From Nitrosopumilus sp. (lineage in GTDB: Archaea; Thermoproteota; Nitrososphaeria; Nitrososphaerales; Nitrosopumilaceae): a stretch of 64,000 bases of DNA. Below are positions 53,910-62,411 of the stretch, in pieces. The notes under the pieces were generated by a model that saw nothing but the letters and a program-made list of their open reading frames with translations, was not told the DNA's origin and ran no database searches. Location: contig JACNFR010000055.1 in the NCBI GenBank assembly GCA_014384555.1, forward strand, positions 7,240-71,239. Reading direction: 5' to 3'. Every line of letters starts with the position of its first letter. Position 1 is the stretch's first letter. Position numbers and translations under genes: made by a program.

Positions 53910-55066
53910 TTTATCTGGACAATGCCGCATCTACTCAAATTCATGAAGATGTTTTAGATTCAATGCTACCTTATCTTAAAGAACAATATGGCAATGCATC
54001 ATCAATTCATAGATATGGCAGATTGGCTCACAAGGCAATTGAAAAAGCTAGAAAACAAATAGCTTTATTGATTAATGCTGACCCTTCTGAAATTTTAATA
54101 ACATCTGGTGGAACAGAATCCAACAATACTGTTTTGAGAGGAATCTCTATGAATGCAACCTGCAATCATATTGTTACATCATCAATTGAACATGATGCTA
54201 TTTTGGAGCCTTGTAAGCAACTAGAAAACAATGGACTTATTGTTGATTATCTGCCCGTTGATAAATTTGGGATGGTTAATCCTTCAGAATTAGAAAATCA
54301 CCTATCTGAGAACACTTGTCTTGTTTCGATAATGTTTGGAAATAATGAAGTTGGCACTGTTCAAAAAATTTCTGAAATTGCTAAAATTTGTAATGAGCGA
54401 AAAATCCCATTTCATTCAGATGCTGTTCAGGCAGTTGGCAAGATTCCTATTGATGTTAAAGAATTAGGCATAGATTTGCTTTCAATTTCATCTCATAAAC
54501 TTCATGGCCCAAAGGGAATAGGTGCATTGTACATCAAAAATGGTATCAAAATTGATCCTGTGATTTTAGGAGGTGGTCAGGAGAATGGATTACGTTCTGG
54601 TACTGAGAATGTTGCTAATATCGTTGGATTTGGAAAAGCATGTGAAATTGCAAAAAACAATTTAGATGAAAATACATTGTATGTGCAAAAACTTCGAGAT
54701 TCATTAGTTGAAAAAGTCTTGCATGAAATACCTGAAGTGACTCTTAATGGTGATCCTCAACTGAGATTGCCAAATAATGCACATTTTACATTTCTTGGTG
54801 TTAATGGGGAAGATCTAATTATCAAGCTTGATGAGTATGGAATTGCTGCTTCTACAGGTTCTGCATGTTCTGTCAATACTCAAAGGGCTTCTCATGTTTT
54901 ACAGGCAATGGGGTTTTCTCATGAACAAATTACAGGCTCTCTAAGATTGACAATGGGTGTGTTCAATAATGAAAAGGAAATTGAAGAAACAGTATCTTCA
55001 CTTAAAAAAATAGTCAAAGAACTAAGATCATTTTCTCCTTTCAAAGAAAAGTATTCTTTTTCCTAA
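53906..55066 (+). CDS. cysteine desulfurase (NifS/IscS-like, class V aminotransferase)
   Basis: 386 aa with IYLDNAAST, SSHKLHGPKGIGAL (PLP lysine) and STGSACS (active-site Cys loop). The TTG start overlaps the larE stop (TTGA). Confidence 0.85.
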   Translation: MIYLDNAASTQIHEDVLDSMLPYLKEQYGNASSIHRYGRLAHKAIEKARKQIALLINADPSEILITSGGTESNNTVLRGISMNATCNHIVTSSIEHDAILEPCKQLENNGLIVDYLPVDKFGMVNPSELENHLSENTCLVSIMFGNNEVGTVQKISEIAKICNERKIPFHSDAVQAVGKIPIDVKELGIDLLSISSHKLHGPKGIGALYIKNGIKIDPVILGGGQENGLRSGTENVANIVGFGKACEIAKNNLDENTLYVQKLRDSLVEKVLHEIPEVTLNGDPQLRLPNNAHFTFLGVNGEDLIIKLDEYGIAASTGSACSVNTQRASHVLQAMGFSHEQITGSLRLTMGVFNNEKEIEETVSSLKKIVKELRSFSPFKEKYSFS

Positions 55067-55068
55067 GT

Positions 55069-55878
55069 CTAAATACTAATTTGAAATTTATTTCTGGCAA
55101 CTAAAATCGTCATCATAATTCCGACAATCAATACCATCATTACAATTGCTCCAAATTCAGGAACGACATAAGTGCCGATAATTTCTATATCTGAATCTCC
55201 CTGCTCAAACTCAATTGTTATTACTCTGGAATCTGCAAGTACTACTGATTCCTGATATGCTACTTCTATTCCATCAATTAATATGATAAACGTGTCATCT
55301 TTACCATCTTGTTTTTCTGCACCTATGAATTCTCTAGGAAGATCTAGGGTTATTGTTCCTTCATCTGATGCATCGATTTGAACTATCACTGCAAAAGTTT
55401 CAGAATCTACTATCATGTTTTTTACAGTACCTCCTTTGATGGTATACTTTACATCAAATGTTCCATGACTTCCTGCATCTACTTCATAAGGCTCTGTTGT
55501 TACAACTGCTTCTGATTTTGAGGTGTATGAAAATTCAGTTTCAATTTGATGTTCTTGATATGATGCCACTATTGTATAGTCTCCAGTTTTTTTCCATAAT
55601 GCTCCTTCTGCAAGGAATGCTTTTGTGAAACTACCGTCTTCTGCTACTGTAATCTGTGCAATATCGACCAAATTGCCTTGATTAAATAATTGTAATATTA
55701 CTGGTGTATCGCCAATCACTATGTTTACATTTCCTGAAAGTACAATTGTATCTCCTTCATCATAATTATTATCATCTGTTTCAATCGAAATTAATGCTTC
55801 TTGTGCAAATGATACTCCTGTAGAAACAATTAACAATGCGATGAATCCATAAAATATTTTTAAATCCACAAACTTCAA
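55069..55878 (-). CDS. secreted protein with PEFG-type C-terminal sorting signal (divergent member)
   Basis: Signal-like N-terminus and the module ...IAQITVAEDGSFTKAFLAEGALWKKTGDYTIVASY. The second module ends IEIIGTYVVPEFG, followed by a hydrophobic helix and ARNKFQISI. Apparent TTG start. Confidence 0.8.
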   Translation of the reverse strand: MKFVDLKIFYGFIALLIVSTGVSFAQEALISIETDDNNYDEGDTIVLSGNVNIVIGDTPVILQLFNQGNLVDIAQITVAEDGSFTKAFLAEGALWKKTGDYTIVASYQEHQIETEFSYTSKSEAVVTTEPYEVDAGSHGTFDVKYTIKGGTVKNMIVDSETFAVIVQIDASDEGTITLDLPREFIGAEKQDGKDDTFIILIDGIEVAYQESVVLADSRVITIEFEQGDSDIEIIGTYVVPEFGAIVMMVLIVGIMMTILVARNKFQISI

Positions 55879-55942
55879 AATACTCGTTTGTATATTTCCT
55901 TTACTATTAAAAAATGAAAAAATGAAAAAAGTTGTGTAACTT

Positions 55943-56044
55943 TTAGTATCTTGGTATAATACTTAGTCTTGATTTTGCAGAAATTGCAATTATTGAGATA
56001 ATTGCTACTGCTAGAATCATTGCTGCGATTGTACCAAATTCTGG
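55943..56044 (-). repeat. copy 1 of the ~102-bp near-identical block (3' end of a PEFG gene)
   Basis: GTCTTGATTTTGCAGAAATTGCAATTATTGAGATAATTGCTACTGCTAGAATCATTGCTGCGATTGTACCAAATTCTGG is identical in all three copies. Only a few substitutions occur in the first ~22 nt. Confidence 0.95.
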
Positions 56045-56824
56045 AATCACATAGGTACCAATTATTTCAATTGTTTCAGCACCTGCTGGGAACATGACTG
56101 TTACTTTGTTTGCAACAATTTCAACATCATCCCATTCTTCTCCGTCAACTAGTACCATGAAGATACCGTCTTGGACTGTTGTTGATGGGGATACTGTTAA
56201 TGTTCCATCATCTTCGGCGTTGATCATAATGACAATTGAATTGTCATTAGTATTGAGCATTGCACTTGTTACCATTCCACCTGAAATGCTAAATGGTACA
56301 CATTGACCACTTGTAGACAATTCATTTACTTTACATTTTTTGTCTTGCATTGTTGGTGTATTGTAGTTTGGTGTATATGCAACTCCACCAGTTAATTCAA
56401 TTTTGACACTGTTGCTTTTTTCAACACTGCCATAGTTTGCTTTAATGGTGTAGGTACCGTCGTATTTCCATATTGCACCTGCTGTGTTTAGAGTTGTCTC
56501 AAAACTACCATCTTCTGCTACAGTGATTTGATCAATTGTAACAATGGAGTTTAGAGGACTAATCACAGTAATTGTAACTGGAAATCCAGATGTATTTGCT
56601 ACTTGACCTTCTACCATAATTATATCACTATGACCATAATCTGTTTTGTCTGTCCAAACAGATACTGGGATTGCATCCATGAGAGCTTTTGATGCCATTG
56701 CTTTAGCATCCTCCATGGAACATCCTACACATGCTGGATTTGTTTGAGCATATGCTGATGATATAGTTAGAGTTCCGACTGCAGTCAATAAGGCTAGTAG
56801 CGCGAACGACGTACGATTGTTCAT
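55943..56824 (-). CDS. secreted protein with PEFG-type C-terminal sorting signal
   Basis: ATG start, signal peptide ...TISSAYAQT and the module IDQITVAEDGSFETTLNTAGAIWKYDGTYTIKANYG. Ends IEIIGTYVIPEFGTIAAMILAVAIISIIAISAKSRLSIIPRY. Confidence 0.85.
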   Translation of the reverse strand: MNNRTSFALLALLTAVGTLTISSAYAQTNPACVGCSMEDAKAMASKALMDAIPVSVWTDKTDYGHSDIIMVEGQVANTSGFPVTITVISPLNSIVTIDQITVAEDGSFETTLNTAGAIWKYDGTYTIKANYGSVEKSNSVKIELTGGVAYTPNYNTPTMQDKKCKVNELSTSGQCVPFSISGGMVTSAMLNTNDNSIVIMINAEDDGTLTVSPSTTVQDGIFMVLVDGEEWDDVEIVANKVTVMFPAGAETIEIIGTYVIPEFGTIAAMILAVAIISIIAISAKSRLSIIPRY

Positions 56825-56847
56825 CTTGTTGCGATTTGCACCCGTCT

Positions 56848-56878
56848 CTATTTATGTATATTTAAAAATAGAAAAAAG
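56848..56878 (-). promoter_or_regulatory. duplicated 31-bp promoter block (TATA-like TTTTTAAATATA on the minus strand) upstream of gene 55943..56824
   Basis: CTATTTATGTATATTTAAAAATAGAAAAAAG is identical to 57770-57800. The TATA centre lies about 39 nt upstream of the ATG at 56824. Confidence 0.55.
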
Positions 56879-56888
56879 TTGTATGAAC

Positions 56889-56990
56889 TTAGTATCTTGG
56901 AATAATGCTAAGTCTTGATTTTGCAGAAATTGCAATTATTGAGATAATTGCTACTGCTAGAATCATTGCTGCGATTGTACCAAATTCTGG
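56889..56990 (-). repeat. copy 2 of the ~102-bp near-identical block
   Basis: Same as copy 1. The block covers the stop codon through the PEFG codons. Confidence 0.95.
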
Positions 56991-57746
56991 TACTACAACT
57001 CCGTCTAAGATATCTACTTCAGTTGAAGCAGTATATTTTGGATCGTCAAATTGTCTTACAGTTACAGTGTACAAACCATCTTGTTTCCATAATGATCCAC
57101 CTACTGTAATTTCAGCAGCGAAATTTCCATCAAGTCTTGGTGATATTTGATCAACTTTTATCACATTTCCATTTGGTGCTGTTACTTTCAATGTGATATC
57201 TTGACTTACTCTATCTGTCATTCCGGTAACCTCAAACATTGTAGAACCATTCTCGATAATTACTGGGTCGAGGAAAAGTCCTGCATCTGTAGCAGCATTA
57301 TTTTCATTTGGTGTGAAAATATCTGTCACTAAATTACCTTCAGTTACAGAAGTACTTCTTAAAGTCATGCCGTTTGTTACTTCAACTCCAACTTTTACTT
57401 CATATGTTGATGATGTGCCTTGTTTTACCACTATGGTATAGTATCCATCTTCAGTCCAGTTTGAACCGATTGTAAAAGTGGTACCAAAGTTTCCATCATT
57501 GTCAGGTGTATCTTGCCAAGCTGCAACCAGATTTTGGTTTGGAGACCATACAGAAAATGTGACATCTGTGTAATCTGAAGCTGTTGTACCAGTTACTGTG
57601 ATGCTGTTTCCTGCTTTCTCAGTTGTTGCTGTAATAGATATTCCTTGAGGTTGAGCAAAAGCTTCTTGTTGAATTGAGGTCATTGAAACTAATGACAATG
57701 CCATGAGGGCTATTGCCATTGATGTTGTAGAACGTTTGAAATTCAT
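56889..57746 (-). CDS. secreted protein with two beta-sandwich modules and PEFG-type C-terminal sorting signal
   Basis: Start placed at Met7 of the track ORF (MNFKRSTTSMAIALMALSLV...). This gives the same TATA-to-ATG spacing as the neighbouring paralogue. Ends VVPEFGTIAAMILAVAIISIIAISAKSRLSIIPRY. Confidence 0.85.
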   Translation of the reverse strand: MNFKRSTTSMAIALMALSLVSMTSIQQEAFAQPQGISITATTEKAGNSITVTGTTASDYTDVTFSVWSPNQNLVAAWQDTPDNDGNFGTTFTIGSNWTEDGYYTIVVKQGTSSTYEVKVGVEVTNGMTLRSTSVTEGNLVTDIFTPNENNAATDAGLFLDPVIIENGSTMFEVTGMTDRVSQDITLKVTAPNGNVIKVDQISPRLDGNFAAEITVGGSLWKQDGLYTVTVRQFDDPKYTASTEVDILDGVVVPEFGTIAAMILAVAIISIIAISAKSRLSIIPRY

Positions 57747-57769
57747 CCTATTTCCACCCAGCATTATTG

Positions 57770-57800
57770 CTATTTATGTATATTTAAAAATAGAAAAAAG
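57770..57800 (-). promoter_or_regulatory. second copy of the 31-bp promoter block, upstream of gene 56889..57746
   Basis: Identical 31-mer. The TATA centre lies about 39 nt upstream of the ATG at 57746. Confidence 0.55.
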
Positions 57801-57807
57801 ATGAAAT

Positions 57808-57909
57808 TTAGTATCTTGGAATAATACTAAGTCTTGATTTTGCAGAAATTGCAATTATTGAGATAATTGCTACTGCTAGAATCATTGCTGCGATTGTACC
57901 AAATTCTGG
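57808..57909 (-). repeat. copy 3 of the ~102-bp near-identical block
   Basis: Same as copy 1. Confidence 0.95.
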
Positions 57910-58632
57910 AACTACAAATGTACCAATTATTTCAATCTCTTCAGCACCTGCTGGGAATGCTATGGTGAGTGTTCTATCTGTTGATGATACAGTTTCATCA
58001 AAGTCTACTTCTTCTCCGTCAATTAAGACGAAAAAGTCATCATCACCGCCATTGATTGTCGCATCCAACACAGATCTAGGGATTGTGAGTGTAAGTGAAC
58101 CATCGTTTGTAGCATCAATAGATATGATCAGTGAATTTGCATCCACATCAGGCATAACACCTAGTAGTTTTCCGCCTGTAATTGCATATCCTATCAAATC
58201 ACTAGAACCTGAAACTGAAACTGTTGTGTCAGTCACTTTGCTATCAGTTGATGGTTTGATTGTAGATCCTCCGAATTCAAATGTTGTACTTGCTGCATTG
58301 TTTTTGTTATCTCCATATTGGACCGTAATTGTATACGTGCCATCATTTTTCATCAATGATCCACCTGCTGCAATAGTGGTGCTGAATTTTTTATCTGCAC
58401 CTACAGTAAGTTGACCAATGTAAACAATAGCCAAATCTGATTTCACTGTAATCGTAAGTCCATAGCCTCCTAGAAGTTGAGCTACTTCACCTGTAACTAG
58501 TATTGTCTCTCCTTCAGAATATGATGGCTTGTCTGTATTGATTACCACAGAACTTTGTCCAAATGCTGGTGCCATGCCAATACTTGCAATTAGAATTGCA
58601 GATAGGGCAAACACCGTTAGATGAGCTTTCAT
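57808..58632 (-). CDS. secreted protein with PEFG-type C-terminal sorting signal
   Basis: Start placed at Met28 of the track ORF (MKAHLTVFALSAILIASIGMAPAFG). A TTAAATA box on the minus strand (58656-58662) lies 23 nt upstream. Ends IEIIGTFVVPEFGTIAAMILAVAIISIIAISAKSRLSIIPRY. Confidence 0.85.
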   Translation of the reverse strand: MKAHLTVFALSAILIASIGMAPAFGQSSVVINTDKPSYSEGETILVTGEVAQLLGGYGLTITVKSDLAIVYIGQLTVGADKKFSTTIAAGGSLMKNDGTYTITVQYGDNKNNAASTTFEFGGSTIKPSTDSKVTDTTVSVSGSSDLIGYAITGGKLLGVMPDVDANSLIISIDATNDGSLTLTIPRSVLDATINGGDDDFFVLIDGEEVDFDETVSSTDRTLTIAFPAGAEEIEIIGTFVVPEFGTIAAMILAVAIISIIAISAKSRLSIIPRY

Positions 58633-58810
58633 TGTTTTTACGCCCAGATTTGGACTATTTAAGGTTGTGATAAAATTTGTTGACAAAAGAGAAAAAAGAC
58701 TGTTTTTCGACAAATTTCAAATTACATATATATTAACCCGAGCGTGAATTTTTGACAGTTTGTGTATTTTGATTAGCGTTACATGTAATGTTCGGTGTGG
58801 GGATTTCTAA

Positions 58811-59062
58811 ATGGCAACTAAGAAAAATCAAGTTCTAGTTCCTGATCACGTTTATGTTCCAAAACATGAGATCATTACAAAATCAGAAGCTGAAGACGTT
58901 TTAAAAAAATACAATTGTAAACCAACTGAATTACCATTAATTTTTGTAAACGATCCTGCAATTTTGGGACTGGGTGTAAAACCTGGAGATATGATTAAGA
59001 TCACTCGAAAAAGTCCAACTGCTGGTGAAAGCCTCTATTATCGATACGTGGTGGAAATCTAA
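58811..59062 (+). CDS. rpoH: DNA-directed RNA polymerase subunit H (Rpo5)
   Basis: 83 aa with VPKHEIITKSEAEDVLKKYNCKPTELPLI...DPA...G.KPGDMIKITRKSPTAG, the typical RpoH. It immediately precedes rpoB. Confidence 0.9.
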   Translation: MATKKNQVLVPDHVYVPKHEIITKSEAEDVLKKYNCKPTELPLIFVNDPAILGLGVKPGDMIKITRKSPTAGESLYYRYVVEI

Positions 59063-62000
59063 ATGGCAGATCCTTCAGTTAAAAGATGGCCAGTAATTCA
59101 AGATATCTTGAAACGTGAAGGCATTGCACGTCAACATCTAAACTCATTTGATGAATTTCTAGAACGAGGTCTTCAAAGTATCATAAATGAAGTTGGCCAA
59201 ATTGATATTGAGAATGCAGAATATCCTTACAAGATTCAACTAGGTAAAGTCAAACTACAACAACCAAGAATGATGGAGCTGGATGGTTCAATCACTCACA
59301 TCACTCCGGCTGAAGCAAGATTGAGAAACGTCTCTTATTCTGCACCAGTAATGATGGAGGCAAGTGTTGTTGAAGATGGAAAAATTTTAGAATCCAGATT
59401 TGTCCACATTGGAGACGTACCTGTTATGGCAAAATCAAATGCATGTATCTTACACAATTTCTCTTCTCAAAAATTAATTGAACATGGTGAAGATCCACAG
59501 GATCCTGGAGGTTACTTTATCATCAATGGTTCAGAACGTGTCATTGTTGGATTGGAAGATCTTTCTTACAACAAGATTATTGTAGATAGAGAAACTGTTG
59601 GTGGAAACATTGTCTTCAAAGCCAAAGTATATTCTTCAATTGTTGGTTATCGTGCAAAACTAGAACTTGTTATGAAAAATGATGGATTAATTGTTGCCCG
59701 AATTCCTGGCTCTCCAGTTGATATTCCTGTTGTTACATTAATGAGAGCACTTGGATTAGAATCTGATAGAGAAATTGCTTCTGTAGTTTCACTAGTTGAT
59801 GATATTCAAGATGAGTTAGAAGGCTCTTTTGAAAAAGCAGGTGATGTGCCAACATCCAAAGACGCCATTGTCTATATCAGTAAAAGAATTGCTCCTGGAA
59901 TGTTAGAAGAATTCCAGATTAAACGTGCTGAGACTTTACTTGATTGGGGACTCTTACCACACTTGGGTAAGCATCCTGAAAATAGAAAAGAAAAAGCACA
60001 ATTCTTGGGTGAAGCTGCTTGTAAATTATTAGAGCTAAAACTTGGATGGATTACTCCTGATGACAAAGATCATTATGGAAACAAAGTCATCAAATTTGCA
60101 GGTCAAATGTTGGCTGATTTATTCAGAACCGCATTTAGAAATTTGGTTAGAGACATGAAATATCAATTAGAGCGTTCAGGTCAAAAACGTGGAATTAATG
60201 CAGTTGCTGCAGCAATTCGTCCTGGAATTATTACTGATAAACTAAACAATGCTATTGCAACTGGAAACTGGGGCAGAGGACGTGTTGGTGTTACTCAATT
60301 ACTTGATAGAACAAATTATCTTTCAACAATCAGTCATCTTAGAAGAATTCAATCTCCTCTAAGTAGAACACAACCAAACTTCGAAGCAAGAGATTTACAC
60401 GCTACACACTTTGGAAGAATTTGTCCAAGTGAAACTCCTGAAGGATCAAATTGTGGTTTAGTGAAAAATCTAGCCTTATCTGGAATTATCTCAGTAAACG
60501 TACCAAATGAGGAAATTATAGAAAAACTCTATGATCTTGGAACAGTTCATTTCTTTGATGCAAAAGAAGATTTGAAGAAAGATGGAACTCGTGTATTTGT
60601 AGATGGTAGATTAATTGGTTATTACAAAGATGGTGGAGAACTAGCTGAATCACTTAGAGAACTAAGAAGAAACTCAAAGATTCATCCTCACGTAGGAGTA
60701 TCATTCCATAAATCTGAAATCGAAGGTTCAACAAGAAGACTGTATGTTAATTGTAATGCCGGTCGAGTTTTACGTCCACTCATTATAATCAAAGATAACA
60801 AACCACTACTTACTACAGAATTATTAGATAAAATTTCAAAGAAACTCCTTTCATGGACTGATCTTTTGAGAATGGGTATCTTAGAGATGATTGATGCAAA
60901 CGAGGAAGAAAATTGTTATGTTACTCTAGATGAAAAAGATGCAAAAAAACATACTCACTTGGAAGTATTCCCACCAGCAATTCTAGGTGCAGGAGCTTCA
61001 ATCATTCCATATCCTGAACATAATCAATCTCCAAGAAATACATACGAGTCTGCAATGGCAAAACAAAGTTTAGGATTTTCAACACCTATGATGAATACCA
61101 GTACATACGTTAGACAACACTTTATGCTATATCCTCAAGTCCCAATTGTAAATACAAAAGCAATGAAACTTTTAGGATTGGAAGATAGACCTGCCGGTCA
61201 GAATTGTGTTGTTGCAGTATTACCATTTGATGGTTACAACATTGAAGACGCTATTGTATTGAGCAAATCATCTGTCGATAGAGGTCTTGGTAGAACATTC
61301 TTCTTTAGAATTTACGATGCTGAAGCAAAACAATATCCTGGTGGAATGCGTGATAGCTTTGAAATTCCTAACGCTGAAGATAACATTAGAGGTTACAAAG
61401 GAGAACGTGCATATCGTTTACTTGAAGATGATGGAGTAGTTGCATCTGAAGCTCCAGTTAAAGGCGGAGATATTTTGATTGGAAAAACTAGTCCTCCAAG
61501 ATTCATGGAAGAGTATAGAGAATTCGAATCTTCTGGTCCATATAGACGAGACACTTCAATTGGTGTAAGACCATCTGAAACTGGAGTAATTGACACTGTA
61601 GTTATGACTCAATCAAACGAAGGCGGAAAAATGTATAAAATTAGAGCAAGAGATATGAGAATTCCAGAAATTGGTGATAAATTTGCATCAAGACATGGAC
61701 AAAAAGGTGTACTTGGAATTTTAGCTAAAGCAGAAGATTTGCCATATACTGCAAGTGGAATGTCTCCTGATGTTTTGATTAACCCACACGCATTCCCTTC
61801 AAGAATGACAGTTGGAATGATGATGGAATCTATCTGTGGTAAAGCTGCAGCATTACGTGGAAAGAGATTTGACGGTTCTGCATTTGTCGGAGAGAAAATG
61901 CCTGAAGTCAAAGAAGTAATGGATGCACATGGTTTTGAATATTCTGGTAAAGAAATAATGTATGATGGAAGAACTGGAAAAGCATTCCCAGTAGAAGTTT

Positions 62001-62410
62001 TCATCGGAGTTGTATACTATCAAAAATTACACCACATGGTTGCAGACAAAATCCATGCAAGAGCTCGTGGACAAGTTCAGATGTTGACTAAACAGCCAAC
62101 TGAAGGAAGAGCAAGAGGTGGTGGATTGAGATTCGGTGAAATGGAAAGAGATTGTTTGATTGCTTATGGTGCTTCAATGATCCTTAAAGACAGATTGTTA
62201 GACGAGTCTGATAAATCTGATATTTTCGTATGTGAGAGATGTGGACTGGTTGCATATCATGATGTTAAACAAAGAAAATACGTTTGCAGAGTTTGTGGTG
62301 ATAAAGCCAAAGTATCTTCTGTATCTGTAGCTTATGCATTCAAATTACTCTTACAAGAAATGCAAAGTCTGAACGTTGCACCAAGATTGTTAATCAAGGA
62401 GAAAATCTAG
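59063..62410 (+). CDS. rpoB: DNA-directed RNA polymerase subunit B (Rpo2), unsplit
   Basis: 1115 aa with conserved blocks [48 protein letters not shown] and a C-terminal zinc ribbon CERCG...CRVCG. Confidence 0.95.
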   Translation: MADPSVKRWPVIQDILKREGIARQHLNSFDEFLERGLQSIINEVGQIDIENAEYPYKIQLGKVKLQQPRMMELDGSITHITPAEARLRNVSYSAPVMMEASVVEDGKILESRFVHIGDVPVMAKSNACILHNFSSQKLIEHGEDPQDPGGYFIINGSERVIVGLEDLSYNKIIVDRETVGGNIVFKAKVYSSIVGYRAKLELVMKNDGLIVARIPGSPVDIPVVTLMRALGLESDREIASVVSLVDDIQDELEGSFEKAGDVPTSKDAIVYISKRIAPGMLEEFQIKRAETLLDWGLLPHLGKHPENRKEKAQFLGEAACKLLELKLGWITPDDKDHYGNKVIKFAGQMLADLFRTAFRNLVRDMKYQLERSGQKRGINAVAAAIRPGIITDKLNNAIATGNWGRGRVGVTQLLDRTNYLSTISHLRRIQSPLSRTQPNFEARDLHATHFGRICPSETPEGSNCGLVKNLALSGIISVNVPNEEIIEKLYDLGTVHFFDAKEDLKKDGTRVFVDGRLIGYYKDGGELAESLRELRRNSKIHPHVGVSFHKSEIEGSTRRLYVNCNAGRVLRPLIIIKDNKPLLTTELLDKISKKLLSWTDLLRMGILEMIDANEEENCYVTLDEKDAKKHTHLEVFPPAILGAGASIIPYPEHNQSPRNTYESAMAKQSLGFSTPMMNTSTYVRQHFMLYPQVPIVNTKAMKLLGLEDRPAGQNCVVAVLPFDGYNIEDAIVLSKSSVDRGLGRTFFFRIYDAEAKQYPGGMRDSFEIPNAEDNIRGYKGERAYRLLEDDGVVASEAPVKGGDILIGKTSPPRFMEEYREFESSGPYRRDTSIGVRPSETGVIDTVVMTQSNEGGKMYKIRARDMRIPEIGDKFASRHGQKGVLGILAKAEDLPYTASGMSPDVLINPHAFPSRMTVGMMMESICGKAAALRGKRFDGSAFVGEKMPEVKEVMDAHGFEYSGKEIMYDGRTGKAFPVEVFIGVVYYQKLHHMVADKIHARARGQVQMLTKQPTEGRARGGGLRFGEMERDCLIAYGASMILKDRLLDESDKSDIFVCERCGLVAYHDVKQRKYVCRVCGDKAKVSSVSVAYAFKLLLQEMQSLNVAPRLLIKEKI

Positions 62411-62411
62411 A

